Below the pieces are notes generated by a model. It worked only from the letters and a program-made list of their open reading frames with translations. It did not search any database and was not told the origin of the DNA. From Sphingomicrobium sp. (lineage in GTDB: Bacteria; Pseudomonadota; Alphaproteobacteria; Sphingomonadales; Sphingomonadaceae): a stretch of 64,000 bases of DNA. The DNA lies in NCBI GenBank assembly GCA_051000635.1, contig JBPCOC010000048.1, positions 4,558-68,557 on the forward strand. The letters run 5' to 3'. Of the stretch, positions 48,448-59,760 are shown piece by piece; the first letter of the stretch is position 1, and the number at the start of each line of letters is the position of its first letter. The translations under genes and the position numbers were made by a program.

Positions 48448-48828
48448 GAGTGGCTCCAAGAAGGGAATCAGAAGCACAAACGTGTTACCAAGTCCCAGTT
48501 TCCGTCCGCCCACCTGGAGCATACGGTCTTCACGACTGCACAACTTCCTCTCACCCGCAGATAGCCCCATCGCAGCACTCGTGGGCGTCTCACGACCGGA
48601 TCGCACTTTCCGGATCGACCGAAACGCTGTCCTACAGGCCGCTTAGGCGTTAGGCAGCTCCTCATGATCGGCCACGCTTCCGCATCGACAGCGCGGAAAT
48701 TCGACACTCGGGCGCCGTCTCTCGCGCTCGCGACGAGCTTCGACATTCGGAGGCTGCCTCGCGCGCGCGCGTTGAGGAGCGAACTTGGCGAACTTTCGCA
48801 CCGCCCGGATGGAGGCTAGGGAGTCCCA

Positions 48829-49275
48829 ATGCGCATCGCCCTTGCCTCCGACCACGCCGGCTTCCCTTTGAAGGATGAGCTTTCCGCCTGGCTTCGCGAC
48901 AGCGGCCATGTCGTGATCGACCTTGGCACCAACAGCGCCGACAGCGTCGATTATCCTGAGTTCGGTGCGCGCCTGGCCCGGGCCGTCGCCTCCGGTGATG
49001 CCGAGCGCGGTATCGCCGTCTGCGGCTCCGGGATTGGCATCTCGATCGCCGTCAATCGCAATCCGGCATGCCGCTGCGCCCGGGTCGACGATCCGCTGTC
49101 GGCGAGGCTCGCCCGCGAGCATAACGACGCCAACGTGCTGGCGCTCGGGGCGCGCCTGATCGGCGCGGACATGGCGCGGGCCTGCATCACTGAATTCCTC
49201 GGCACCGATTTTGCCGCCGGCCGCCACCAGCGCCGGGTCGACCAGCTCTCTAAGCTCCTGCAGGAAAGCGACTGA
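48829..49275 (+). CDS. rpiB: Ribose-5-phosphate isomerase B
   Basis: [33 protein letters not shown] and GRHQRRV. Confidence 0.95.
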   Translation: MRIALASDHAGFPLKDELSAWLRDSGHVVIDLGTNSADSVDYPEFGARLARAVASGDAERGIAVCGSGIGISIAVNRNPACRCARVDDPLSARLAREHNDANVLALGARLIGADMARACITEFLGTDFAAGRHQRRVDQLSKLLQESD

Positions 49276-50582
49276 TGGCAAGCGCCGCCAACTTGAACGA
49301 CGTCCAGCCCAAGGGTTTCTTCACCGACACTCTCGCCCAGGCGGACCCCGAGATCGCCGAGGCGATCGAAAAGGAACTTGGGCGGCAGCGCGACAAGATC
49401 GAGCTGATCGCCTCGGAGAATATCGTTTCCAAAGCGGTGCTCGAGGCACAGGGCTCGGTGCTCACCAACAAATATGCCGAGGGCTATCCGGGCAAGCGCT
49501 ATTACGGCGGCTGTGAATATGTCGACATCGCCGAGACCCTGGCGATCGAGCGCGCAAAGCAGCTGTTCGGCGCGAATTTCGCGAACGTCCAGCCCAATAG
49601 CGGCAGCCAGATGAATCAGGCCGTGTTCCTCGCGCTGCTTCAGCCCGGCGATAAATTCATGGGCCTGGACCTTAACGCCGGCGGCCATCTTACCCACGGA
49701 TCGCCCGTCAACATGTCGGGCAAATGGTTCAACCCGGTCGCCTACGGGGTGCGGCGCGACGACCATCTGATCGATATGGACGAGGTCGCCGATATCGCCC
49801 GGCGCGAGCAGCCCAGGCTGATCATCGCCGGCGGCACCGCTTATTCCCGAACCTGGGATTTCGAAGGTTTCCGGCGGATCGCGGATGAGGTCGGCGCCTA
49901 TCTGATGGTCGACATGGCCCATTTCGCTGGGCTCGTGGCCGGGGGCGTTCACCCCAACCCGGTGCCCCACGCCCATGTCACGACGACGACGACACACAAA
50001 TCGCTTCGCGGGCCGCGCGGGGGCCTGATCCTCGCCAACGACGAGGACATCGCCAAGAAGATGAACTCGGCGGTGTTTCCGGGCCTGCAGGGTGGACCGC
50101 TGATGCATGTCATCGCAGCGAAGGCGGTTGCCTTCCGCGAAGCCCTGCAACCGCAGTTCAAGACCTATGCGGCCAACGTCGTCGCCAACGCCCGGGCGCT
50201 TGCAAGTTCGTTGCAGAATTGCGGCCTCGATATTGTTTCGGGCGGTACCGACAATCATTTGATGCTGGTCGATCTGAGGCCCAAGCAGGCCAAGGGCAAA
50301 CATGCCGAAAAGGCGCTCGATCGCGCCTGGATCACCTGCAACAAGAACGGAATCCCGTTCGATCCGGAAAAGCCCTTCGTCACCTCCGGCATTCGCCTCG
50401 GGACCCCGGCGGGAACCACTCGCGGCTTCGGCGAAGCGGAGTTCGGACAGATCGGGGAGATGATCGCGGAAGTGGTCGAGGGGCTGCGCAAGAACGGCGA
50501 GGCCGGCGATGCCCAGGTCGAGCAGTCCGTCGCTCGGCGTGTCGGGGAAATGTGCGCGCGCTTCCCGATTTACGAGGGATAA
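49275..50582 (+). CDS. glyA: Serine hydroxymethyltransferase
   Basis: [32 protein letters not shown] and [13 protein letters not shown]. Confidence 0.97.
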   Translation: MASAANLNDVQPKGFFTDTLAQADPEIAEAIEKELGRQRDKIELIASENIVSKAVLEAQGSVLTNKYAEGYPGKRYYGGCEYVDIAETLAIERAKQLFGANFANVQPNSGSQMNQAVFLALLQPGDKFMGLDLNAGGHLTHGSPVNMSGKWFNPVAYGVRRDDHLIDMDEVADIARREQPRLIIAGGTAYSRTWDFEGFRRIADEVGAYLMVDMAHFAGLVAGGVHPNPVPHAHVTTTTTHKSLRGPRGGLILANDEDIAKKMNSAVFPGLQGGPLMHVIAAKAVAFREALQPQFKTYAANVVANARALASSLQNCGLDIVSGGTDNHLMLVDLRPKQAKGKHAEKALDRAWITCNKNGIPFDPEKPFVTSGIRLGTPAGTTRGFGEAEFGQIGEMIAEVVEGLRKNGEAGDAQVEQSVARRVGEMCARFPIYEG

Positions 50583-50586
50583 CTGG

Positions 50587-51039
50587 ATGCGCTGCCCGTT
50601 CTGCGCGCATGAGGCGAGCCAGGTGAAGGACAGCCGCCCGTCGGAGGATGGCGCATCGATCCGGCGCCGCCGGCAGTGCGAAGCCTGCGCGGCGCGATTC
50701 ACGACCTTCGAGCGGGTCCAGCTGCGCGACCTGACCGTCGTCAAGAAGGCCGGTGAGCGCGAGCCGTTCGACCGCACCAAGCTCGAGCAGTCGGTCGCAA
50801 TCGCCTGCCGCAAGCGCGACATTCCGGCCGAGCGGATCGAGCGGCTGATCACCTCGATCCAGCGCCAGCTCGAAACCCGCGGCGATGAAGTTTCGACGAC
50901 CCAGATCGGCGAGGCGGTTATGGACGGCCTCAAAGCGCTCGACCACGTCGCCTACATCCGCTTCGCAAGCGTCTACAAGGACTTCAGCGAGCCCGGCGAC
51001 TTCGCGCAAATCGCCGGCGCGGTCGGCGATGGATCCTAG
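50587..51039 (+). CDS. nrdR: Transcriptional repressor NrdR
   Basis: [22 protein letters not shown] and [10 protein letters not shown]. Confidence 0.95.
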   Translation: MRCPFCAHEASQVKDSRPSEDGASIRRRRQCEACAARFTTFERVQLRDLTVVKKAGEREPFDRTKLEQSVAIACRKRDIPAERIERLITSIQRQLETRGDEVSTTQIGEAVMDGLKALDHVAYIRFASVYKDFSEPGDFAQIAGAVGDGS

Positions 51040-51763
51040 CCCGCCGCCGGTCATCGTCCTCGTCCGCCCGCAGCTCGGCGAGAATATCGGCAAGGCGGCT
51101 CGGGCGATGCTCAATTTCGGGCTTACCGAGATGCGCCTCGTCGCCCCTCGCGACGGCTGGCCGAACCCGGCGGCCGGCCCAGCTGCGAGCGGAGCCGACA
51201 TCGTTCTCGAGCGCGCCCGAGTCTTCGACAACGTGCAGGACGCGATCGCCGATTGCTCGAACGTCTATGCATCGACGGTTCGCCGCCGTGACGTGGTGAC
51301 GCCGGTGCTCAGTCCAGAGGCCATGGCGGAGGCTATCGCTTGCTCGAAAACGCCCTCGGCAATCCTGTTCGGGCCAGAGCGGTCGGGGCTCGAGACCGAG
51401 GACGTCGCACTTGCCAACGCGATCGTGACGGTGCCGATCAACCCCGAGTTCGCATCGCTCAACCTCGCCCAGGCCGTCATCCTGCTCGCCTACGAATGGT
51501 CGAAGGGCAGCGCTCTCGCGGTTCCCCCGGAGAAGGAGCTGGAAGCTCCGGCCCCGCACGGGGAGCTTGAAGGGCTGGTCCGGCACCTCGAGCAGGCGCT
51601 CGAAGAAAAGGGCTATTTCCGCCCGCCGTCGCGGACCCAGGCGACCAAGAACACCCTTTGGACAATCTTCACCAAGCCCGGCTGGTCGTCGCGCGAGGTG
51701 AAGGCGGTGCGCGGAGTGATACGGGCGCTGAGCGAGTCGCCCAGAAAACGCGGTAAAACTTGA
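51029..51763 (+). CDS. trmJ: tRNA methyltransferase, SPOUT TrmJ family
   Basis: [26 protein letters not shown] and SLNLAQAV. Confidence 0.9.
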   Translation: MDPSPPPVIVLVRPQLGENIGKAARAMLNFGLTEMRLVAPRDGWPNPAAGPAASGADIVLERARVFDNVQDAIADCSNVYASTVRRRDVVTPVLSPEAMAEAIACSKTPSAILFGPERSGLETEDVALANAIVTVPINPEFASLNLAQAVILLAYEWSKGSALAVPPEKELEAPAPHGELEGLVRHLEQALEEKGYFRPPSRTQATKNTLWTIFTKPGWSSREVKAVRGVIRALSESPRKRGKT

Positions 51764-51919
51764 CCTTGGGACATGTCGCCCCTAGGTGCCCGGCTCGCAA
51801 TTGATCCCGCACTCCCGGTGAAGCGGTGATCGCGTCTGGCGCCCCTCGACCCGCTGGGACAGGCAAGCCAGGCGGTGCGGTTCCGGGGACTTTTCGAACG
51901 CGAATTGGAGAATAGAAAC

Positions 51920-52534
51920 GTGACCAAGCGCACCAGCGCCAAGTACAAGCTCGACCGACGCATGGGCGAGAACGTCTTCGGACGGCCCAAGAGCCCGGTC
52001 AACCGCCGCGAATACGGCCCCGGACAGCATGGCCAGCGCCGCAAGGGCAAGCTCTCTGACTTCGGAATTCAGCTTCGCGCCAAGCAGAAGCTCAAGGGCT
52101 ATTACGGCGACATCACCGAGAAGCAGTTCAAGGGCACCTATGTCGAGGCGAGCCGGATGAAGGGCGACGCATCGCAGAACCTCATCGGGCTTCTCGAACG
52201 CCGGCTCGACATGGTCGTCTATCGCGCCAAGTTCGCGCCGACGATCTGGGCGGCCCGCCAGCTGGTCAGCCACGGCCACATCAAGGTCAACGGCACCAAG
52301 TGCAACATCGCTTCGCGCAAGGTCGACGTTGGCGACGTCATCGAGCTCGGGTCCAAGGCGCAGGAGATGGCGCTGGTCATCGAGGCGCAGGGCCTCGCCG
52401 AGCGCGACGTGCCCGATTACGTGGTTCCGGACGGCACCTCGAAGGTCACCTACACCCGCGTTCCGACACTCGACGAAGTACCCTATCCGGTGCGGATGGA
52501 GCCCAACCTCGTCATCGAATTCTATTCGCGCTGA
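51920..52534 (+). CDS. rpsD: 30S ribosomal protein S4
   Basis: [31 protein letters not shown] and VIEFYSR. Confidence 0.97.
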   Translation: MTKRTSAKYKLDRRMGENVFGRPKSPVNRREYGPGQHGQRRKGKLSDFGIQLRAKQKLKGYYGDITEKQFKGTYVEASRMKGDASQNLIGLLERRLDMVVYRAKFAPTIWAARQLVSHGHIKVNGTKCNIASRKVDVGDVIELGSKAQEMALVIEAQGLAERDVPDYVVPDGTSKVTYTRVPTLDEVPYPVRMEPNLVIEFYSR

Positions 52535-52556
52535 TCCTCAGCGGGACCGGACAAGC

Positions 52557-52590
52557 AAAGGGCGGCCGTTTGGCCGCCCTTTTCCTTTTC
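52557..52590. terminator. Intrinsic terminator, probably bidirectional (rpsD / peptidase)
   Basis: AAAGGGCGGCC-GTTT-GGCCGCCCTTT followed by TCCTTTTC. Confidence 0.85.
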
Positions 52591-54559
52591 AGTCGCCGAT
52601 CGTTCGGCGGAGAAGCTGACCGATCCTTTCCAGCATTTCGCGGCGAGCGGAGCTGTCCTCCAGATCGTGATCGAGCGAGCGATACCGCAGCAGCTCGACC
52701 GGCGTTCCTGCCGAGCGCAGAGCCGAATTCATTTTCAGCGAGTGGACTACACCAACGTTCATGTCCAGATCGCCATGAACGAGCACTACCGGGGCTTTGA
52801 TTGACCCGGCGCGACGGAGCGGAGACCCGTCTTGAATGTGCGGTCCCATGCCGATGAAATCGGCCCTCACCTGCGCGTCGCTATACCCCTCCCGCTCCGC
52901 CTTCAGCAGTTGCAGGTCGGCAACGGGCGCGATCGCGGCCACAGCCTTGAACAGTTCGGGCTCGGTCGCCGCAGCCAGCAGCGCGGCGTAGCCGCCGTAC
53001 GACCAGCCGACGACAGCAAGCCTGTTGGGATCGGCAATACCCTGTGCAACGAGCCACTTGATCGATCCGGTGATGTCACCAATCGAGGTTCGCCAGCTCT
53101 TGAAGCCGTTCTCCATCAGCCACTCGTCGCCGAAACCCGCCGAGCCACGGAAGTTCGGTTGAATGACGGCGTAGCCGCGGGCAGCAAGGAATTGGGCGAG
53201 CCAGTCGAAGCCCCACTCGTCGCGCGCGCTCGGCCCACCGTGGGGGAGCACGACCGCAGGGAGGTTTCTCGCTTCCGCGCCCGGCGGGAGCGTCAGATAG
53301 GCGGGTACGACCGTCCCATCCGCGACCTTGACGGACACCGGCTTGACCGCGGCCATTCGCCGGTTCTCAAGCTGCGGCCTCGCAAGGAACAGCTCGTTGA
53401 GCCTCTTTGCCGTAGAGTCGAACAGGTAATAACGCCCGGGATCGCCGTCGCTTCCCGCGAAGATCAGCATCTTGGTCCCATCCTGGCTCGCGCCAACAAA
53501 TCGGATCAATGGCAAGCCGGGCAGGGCCTTGCTGAGATTGGCGGCGAGCGCTTTGCGCTCCGGATCGAAATAGAGGGTCTCTTGCTTGTCGTCGACGTAA
53601 CTGTAGCCGATCACCTTTTGCCCGTTCGCCGAGCGAATGACATCGTCGATATCAACACGGGGGTGGGACGCCACCAGCTCCTCATGAACTGGATCAGTTA
53701 GTCGGATTCGGTAGAGCGCGTAACGGCCGTTTTGCTTCTTCAGCGCGTAGAGCGAGTTAATCGTGGTGTCGATCGCCAGCGGTACGAGCTGTTCCGAGCT
53801 GAAGCCGCTAAGGGTCTTCCAATCGCGCGAGTTCGCCAGGCGATAATCGATCCTGGTCCTGCCCGAAAGGACTCCCTCGTGGGTGGTTTCCGATATGATC
53901 GCCAGGCGCACATGGCCGCGGCCGTCGCTCATGTACCCGCTTATGCTCTTTCGCGGCTTCTCAACCGCATTGACTGCCAAGCTCAGCGTATCGAGCCGAT
54001 CGACTCCCAATCCATCAGCCGTACGGATGACGCGCGTGCCGATTTTCCCAGCTTCAGGTATGTATTCGCGAGCCATCAGAACCGCGCCGTCTTCGCCTGG
54101 AAGCCAATCGATTATTCGTCCGTCGTACTGGCGTATGCGCCCGTCATGCGCGCTTGCCCGTTGGCCAACTTCCTTCGACCGCGAGCCATCGCTGTTGATC
54201 GCGACGTGGCGTGCGAAGGGAATGAGCATTACTGCTCCGTCAACGGTTCCGGTATAACGGCAGATCAGCCGTGAATTTGTGACAAATCTACACCAGCGAA
54301 GCACCTCCGGCCCGGTCGAACGCAGGAAAGGCTTGGTCTGTCTGGTCGTGACGTCCGCAACATAAGCGATCGCGGAACTGCCCGTCCCAGGCTCAATATA
54401 TGCGACCTTCGTTCCGTCGGGAGACAGGTCAATTGCCTCGATGCTCTCGCGAACGCCGAACACTCCGGCATCATCCGCAAGGCTGCGCGTCGGCTGCGCA
54501 TGCGCGACTGCGTCAATCGACGCGGCAACGGCCGCGCCGGCAAGAATCCAAGTTTTCAC
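52589..54559 (-). CDS. S9 family (prolyl oligopeptidase-like) secreted peptidase
   Basis: Signal-like N-terminus from GTG 54559; PHGGP, QPNFRGS, GWSYGG nucleophile, HGDLD and DH. Confidence 0.9.
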   Translation of the reverse strand: MKTWILAGAAVAASIDAVAHAQPTRSLADDAGVFGVRESIEAIDLSPDGTKVAYIEPGTGSSAIAYVADVTTRQTKPFLRSTGPEVLRWCRFVTNSRLICRYTGTVDGAVMLIPFARHVAINSDGSRSKEVGQRASAHDGRIRQYDGRIIDWLPGEDGAVLMAREYIPEAGKIGTRVIRTADGLGVDRLDTLSLAVNAVEKPRKSISGYMSDGRGHVRLAIISETTHEGVLSGRTRIDYRLANSRDWKTLSGFSSEQLVPLAIDTTINSLYALKKQNGRYALYRIRLTDPVHEELVASHPRVDIDDVIRSANGQKVIGYSYVDDKQETLYFDPERKALAANLSKALPGLPLIRFVGASQDGTKMLIFAGSDGDPGRYYLFDSTAKRLNELFLARPQLENRRMAAVKPVSVKVADGTVVPAYLTLPPGAEARNLPAVVLPHGGPSARDEWGFDWLAQFLAARGYAVIQPNFRGSAGFGDEWLMENGFKSWRTSIGDITGSIKWLVAQGIADPNRLAVVGWSYGGYAALLAAATEPELFKAVAAIAPVADLQLLKAEREGYSDAQVRADFIGMGPHIQDGSPLRRAGSIKAPVVLVHGDLDMNVGVVHSLKMNSALRSAGTPVELLRYRSLDHDLEDSSARREMLERIGQLLRRTIGD

Positions 54560-54666
54560 TAATTCACTCCCCGCCCCAACTTCGGCAAGACTCCTGATTG
54601 CCGAAAGTCCATTCGAAAACAAGGGCCTGCCTTGGCGGATGGCCGGGCGGTTGCTACGCGGCCGCA

Positions 54667-55644
54667 ATGGATCGACCACCGCTTCCCGAATGGGCGCCGC
54701 ACCAGGCGGTCTGGATCGGCTTTCCCTCCGATCCAGAGCTTTGGCTGGCCGACCTGAAGGCCGCCGAGCGCGAGGTCGCGGGGTTCGCCGAAGCCGTGCA
54801 CGCCGGCGGCAAGGGCGAACAGGTGTGGCTGGTCGCGTCGCATGACGACGCGGGCGCGGCCGCGGCCAGGCTCGCACCCTTTGCAACTGTGATCGTCGAG
54901 CCCTTCGGGGACATTTGGTTTCGCGACACCGGCCCGATCATTGTCGGCTCGGGAAAGCAGCGGCGCGCGCAAGGCTTCCGGTTCAACGGCTGGGGCGGGA
55001 AATACCAGCTCGCCGGTGACGACAGCGTCGGCGAACGGATCGCCGCTCGCGCCGGTTTCCCCTACACCGGGTCGGACTGGATCCTGGAAGGCGGGGCGAT
55101 CGACCACGACGGGTCCGGAACCGTTCTCACGACCGAGCAGTGCCTGCTCAACCCGAACCGCAACCCGCGAATGTCGCTCGAGGACGTCGAGGAGGCGCTA
55201 AAACGCGACCTGGGTTTCGAGCGGGTGATCTGGCTCGGCGACGGACTTTTGAACGACCATACCGACGGCCATGTCGACAATCTCGCGCGCTTCGTCGCTC
55301 CCGGACGGGTAGCGATCCCGACGCCCGCGAAGGACGATCCCAACGAAGCGGTGTTTCGCGACGCCGCGCGGCGCCTTCGTTCGAGCAAGCTCGATATCGT
55401 CACACTGCCATCTCCCGGGCTGGTGACCAACACCGACGGCGACATCGTCCCGGCGAGCTACATGAATTTCTACATCGGCAATGCCGTGGTCGTGGTGCCG
55501 CAATACGGCTCGCCCAACGACCGGGCGGCGATCGACGTCGTCCAAGCGCTGTTCCCGGACCGAAAGGCAGTCGGCCTTCGCGCCGACCATATCCTGACCG
55601 GCGGCGGTAGCTTCCACTGCATCTCGCAGCAGGTGCCGGCCTGA
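54667..55644 (+). CDS. aguA: Agmatine deiminase
   Basis: PEWAPH, DIWFRDTGP, LEGGAID, HTDGHVD and GGGSFHCISQQ. Confidence 0.92.
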   Translation: MDRPPLPEWAPHQAVWIGFPSDPELWLADLKAAEREVAGFAEAVHAGGKGEQVWLVASHDDAGAAAARLAPFATVIVEPFGDIWFRDTGPIIVGSGKQRRAQGFRFNGWGGKYQLAGDDSVGERIAARAGFPYTGSDWILEGGAIDHDGSGTVLTTEQCLLNPNRNPRMSLEDVEEALKRDLGFERVIWLGDGLLNDHTDGHVDNLARFVAPGRVAIPTPAKDDPNEAVFRDAARRLRSSKLDIVTLPSPGLVTNTDGDIVPASYMNFYIGNAVVVVPQYGSPNDRAAIDVVQALFPDRKAVGLRADHILTGGGSFHCISQQVPA

Positions 55645-55688
55645 ATGGCCGGCTTGGGCTTGGCCCCGCTCGTCCCTATGTGGCGCGA

Positions 55689-56540
<852 letters not shown>

Positions 56541-56679
56541 GAAATGGATGCGCCGATCGCTCGATGATGAGTTAGGGCAGGCGGATGGACTCGGGACGGC
56601 GCAGTTCAGGATAGGACACTTTGAAGAACGCCGTCTCTGCGGCCCGAGCGCATGCTGCTCGGCGAGGCAGCCAGCTGCG

Positions 56680-57183
56680 CTAGCCTCGACTAAGGTCGAG
56701 CCTCAAATAGATGCTGTCGTGCCACTCACCGCCGATTTCCCAGGTCCGTGCTGCCCGCCCCGTCTCTGCGAACCCAGCCTTCTGCAGTATCCGTAGTGAC
56801 TTGGCGTTGCGCGGGTCGACGTCGGCTGTGAGCTCGGTCGAGCCCAATCCGCGGCGGCGATCGATGAACGCGGTCAATGCCTCGTATGCAAAGCCCCTGC
56901 CCCAGGCCGCGGGGTCGAATATGAAGCCGATTTCCGGAAGGCGCCAGCAACCGAGCTTGCCGATCAGCGCTCCATCGAGAGTGACGACGAAATCGTCGCT
57001 GAGGTGCGAAGGCGATTCAATTTCGGATCGCACCCAGGTTTCCGTCTGCTCAATGCTGTCGTGCGGCAAGGTCGACCAGAAGCGCATCGCGGCCGGGTCG
57101 GTCATGATCCGGTGCATGGCCGGCGAGTCGTCGAGGCGGAAGCGGCGCAGCACAAGCCGTGCGGTGACGATCCTTTCAGCCAC
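56680..57183 (-). CDS. GNAT N-acetyltransferase (RimJ/RimL family)
   Basis: TARLVLR, EIGF, WGRGFAYEA and NAKSLRILQKAGF. Confidence 0.88.
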   Translation of the reverse strand: MAERIVTARLVLRRFRLDDSPAMHRIMTDPAAMRFWSTLPHDSIEQTETWVRSEIESPSHLSDDFVVTLDGALIGKLGCWRLPEIGFIFDPAAWGRGFAYEALTAFIDRRRGLGSTELTADVDPRNAKSLRILQKAGFAETGRAARTWEIGGEWHDSIYLRLDLSRG

Positions 57184-57832
57184 GGCCTATCTCGACCGCC
57201 CGCTCGAACACGCTCTCGAACATCGCTCGCGTAAGCCTGCCGGTGTTCGTGTTTTGCCGCGACGGGTGATAGCTCGACAGGAGCACTCGCCCGTCGGGCG
57301 CCGCCGTTTCGGCCCGGTGAGCGAACGCCGGCCGAAGCCCGAGAGTCCGGGCAGCGGCTGCGTGCGCGATCTGGCCGAGCGAGACGATCACCCGAACGTT
57401 TGCAAGGGCGGCGAGCGATGCCTCGAGATAATTGCGGCAGGTGGCCACCTCCTCGGCGACCGGCCGGTTCGCCGGAGGCACGCATTTGACGGCGTTGAGG
57501 ACGATCGCTCCGCTGAGCTTCAGCCCGTCCGTCGCCTCGCCCCGATACTCGCCCTTGGCGAGACCGAATTTCAGCAGGGTCGAATAGAAGAACTCACCGG
57601 AATAATCGCCGGTGAATGGCCGCCCGGTTCGGTTGGCACCCTGCTTGCCGGGCGCAAGGCCGACGATCGCGAGCCACGCGTCAGGATCGCCGAACGCCGG
57701 CACCGGCGCGTTCCACCATTGCGGATGCTGGCCGCGAAGCTCGTGCCGGAAACGGACCAGCCGCGGACACAACGGACAGTCGCGCGGCGCCTCCGAGTGC
57801 GGGATCGGCGACAGGTCGGCGGGTTTGAGCAC
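57176..57832 (-). CDS. Uracil-DNA glycosylase, Fe-S type (family 5-like)
   Basis: CPLCPRL, GLAPG..GANRTGRPFTGD, KCVPP and HPS..NTNTG. Confidence 0.88.
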   Translation of the reverse strand: MLKPADLSPIPHSEAPRDCPLCPRLVRFRHELRGQHPQWWNAPVPAFGDPDAWLAIVGLAPGKQGANRTGRPFTGDYSGEFFYSTLLKFGLAKGEYRGEATDGLKLSGAIVLNAVKCVPPANRPVAEEVATCRNYLEASLAALANVRVIVSLGQIAHAAAARTLGLRPAFAHRAETAAPDGRVLLSSYHPSRQNTNTGRLTRAMFESVFERAVEIGRG

Positions 57833-57838
57833 GGTTCA

Positions 57839-57911
57839 GTCATTGCGAGGAACGGAGTGACGAAGCAATCCATGGCGCGACGCTGGATTGCTTCGCTCCG
57901 CTCGCAATGAC
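57839..57911. repeat. REP-like palindrome GTCATTGCGAG...CTCGCAATGAC, copy D
   Basis: 11-bp terminal inverted repeat plus an inner GAAGCAATCCA/TGGATTGCTTC inverted repeat. Confidence 0.85.
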
Positions 57912-57922
57912 AGGGCTGAGGC

Positions 57923-58405
57923 GTGTCCAGTCTCTACGTGATCGCTATCGGCTCGAACCGGCCGCACGGGCGCTTCGGACGGCCTCCGCAAGTGGTCGAA
58001 ACGGCAATTGCCCGTCTCGACCGCGATTTTGGCCTGTTCGACGCCTCGCCGATCGTCCTCAACCGCGCCCAGGGCGGCGCCGGGCGGGATTTCGCCAATG
58101 CGGTAGCGCTGGTCGAAAGCGAGCTCGAGCCTCCCGAAATGCTTAAACGCCTGAAGAGAATCGAGCGCGACTTCGGCCGCCGCGGGGGGCGCCGCTGGGG
58201 GCCCCGGGTGCTCGACCTCGACATCGTCGACTGGAGCGGCGGCGCCTGGCGGTCGCGAGCGCTGACGGTGCCGCACCCGGCCGCGGCGCAGCGCGAATTC
58301 GTGATCGAGCCGCTCGCCGCAATCGCGCCCGGCTGGCGGCTGGAACACGGCCTTACCGCTCGCCAGCTCGCGCACCGCCTTGCCCGGCGCAAGCCGCGAG
58401 GGTAA
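57923..58405 (+). CDS. folK: 2-amino-4-hydroxy-6-hydroxymethyldihydropteridine diphosphokinase
   Basis: IAIGSN, DFANAV, RWGPRVLDLDI, VPHP and FVIEPL. Confidence 0.92.
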   Translation: MSSLYVIAIGSNRPHGRFGRPPQVVETAIARLDRDFGLFDASPIVLNRAQGGAGRDFANAVALVESELEPPEMLKRLKRIERDFGRRGGRRWGPRVLDLDIVDWSGGAWRSRALTVPHPAAAQREFVIEPLAAIAPGWRLEHGLTARQLAHRLARRKPRG

Positions 58406-58421
58406 CGCGTCCCTCGCTGGC

Positions 58422-58497
58422 GGGCCCTTAGCTCAGTTGGTAGAGCAACTGACTTTTAATCAGTAGGTCGCTGGTTCGAATCCAGCAGGGCTCACCA
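58422..58497 (+). tRNA. tRNA-Lys (TTT)
   Basis: GGGCCCTTAGCTCAGTTGGTAGAGCAACTGACT-TTT-AATCAGTAGGTCGCTGGTTCGAATCCAGCAGGGCTCACCA. Confidence 0.97.
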
Positions 58498-58680
58498 GCA
58501 CCGCCCAAAGACATGCCGGGGGCATGTCGACGACAATGCTCCGAGGCGAAGCGCGGGCACTCACGCGAACGACGGAGCGAAACTCAACCAGATGGTAACG
58601 CCTTGCGACGCATAGACGCGTCAAGTTGCGCAAAGCCGTCGCCTGGCGGCCGGATCTGCGCCGTTGGCTGGAGTATTTGG

Positions 58681-59304
58681 GTGGAAGAGCTGCCGATCGA
58701 AGCGACAGTCTATTCGATGTCCGCCGATTTGCCGCGCGAATCCGACCCGCGAACCGGCGAACGCCACCTGACTCTCTTCCGCGTTGCATCGATTGTCACC
58801 GGCGAACGCCGCGAGCTTTGCCTTGTCAAAAACATCTCCACGGGCGGCGCTCTGATCCGCGCCTATTGCAGTCTCGAGCCGGAAACAGAGGTTCAGGTTG
58901 AGCTGAAGGAAGGCCAACCGCTCGCTGGCAATGTCACCTGGGTCCGGGGCAGCGATGCCGGAATCACTTTCGACGAGCCCGTCGATGTCGTCGAGTTGCT
59001 GAAAGCGACCTCGGACGGGCTGCGGCCGCGAATGCCGCGAATAGAAGTGAGTTGCGTCGGCTTTGTCCGGGAGGAGGCGATTCTGCACCGCGCTCTTCTC
59101 CACAATATCTCTCAGGGAGGAGTGAGCGTCGAGCCTGCAAATCCGCTTACGGTCGGCGCCGACGTCACCGTGAGCCTTCCTGGACTTGCGCCGCAGGGCG
59201 GGGTCGTGAGCTGGAACGATGGATCGCGCTACGGAATCAGGTTCAACAGCGTGATTCCGCTCGCCGGCCTGGTCGAATGGCTGCACTCCCGCCAGGGCGC
59301 GTAG
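58681..59304 (+). CDS. Tandem PilZ-domain protein (start uncertain)
   Basis: Two repeats of NIS.GG (NISTGG and NISQGG) preceded by R-rich segments (ERH, RPRMPR). Confidence 0.8.
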   Translation: MEELPIEATVYSMSADLPRESDPRTGERHLTLFRVASIVTGERRELCLVKNISTGGALIRAYCSLEPETEVQVELKEGQPLAGNVTWVRGSDAGITFDEPVDVVELLKATSDGLRPRMPRIEVSCVGFVREEAILHRALLHNISQGGVSVEPANPLTVGADVTVSLPGLAPQGGVVSWNDGSRYGIRFNSVIPLAGLVEWLHSRQGA

Positions 59305-59307
59305 CCC

Positions 59308-59724
59308 TCAATCGCCCAATTGTCTCGCCCCTCCTGCCGCCCAGCGCTCGATCAGGATTCGCTCTCCCTCGGTGAGCGGTTGCGCGCCAAAGCCCGGCCT
59401 CCGATTGATCGGCGGCGGCGGCGGCTTGCGTTCGCGCGTTGGAATGTGCCGGAGCAGCTCGCGCGGGAACAGTGGAAAGTCGAAGTGCAGGCCGGTGTGG
59501 TTGCAATGCGACCAGATGACCCGGCTGGGGACGCTCAATCCGTCCCGGTGGAACAGGACACGAGCCCCTTCTTCAGGGAGGATTTCCCCCTGCACCAGCG
59601 CCCCCTTCTGCGACAGATTGCGAAGCACGACCGGAAGCGAAGCGTCGGGCATTTCCAGCGTCGCCTTCAGAAGCACGTTCGACCGGCGAAACTGCCGATT
59701 CTGTACAGGCCCGCTCTCGTCCAT
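59308..59724 (-). CDS. PilZ-domain protein
   Basis: NRQFRRSNV (RxxxR) and NLSQKGA. Confidence 0.78.
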   Translation of the reverse strand: MDESGPVQNRQFRRSNVLLKATLEMPDASLPVVLRNLSQKGALVQGEILPEEGARVLFHRDGLSVPSRVIWSHCNHTGLHFDFPLFPRELLRHIPTRERKPPPPPINRRPGFGAQPLTEGERILIERWAAGGARQLGD

Positions 59725-59760
59725 TGCAGCGCCTATAAATCTTCTGGGTAAAAGCTTAGT

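Noticed and set aside
48448-48828. Additional cargo gene or palindrome copy upstream of rpiB
   Set aside because: The listed ORFs lack an SD or motif support and the conserved 16-mer arm is absent.
56541-56700. Gene remnant or ncRNA between aguB and the GNAT gene
   Set aside because: Only short open frames and a small hairpin; nothing recognisable and no palindrome-family copy.
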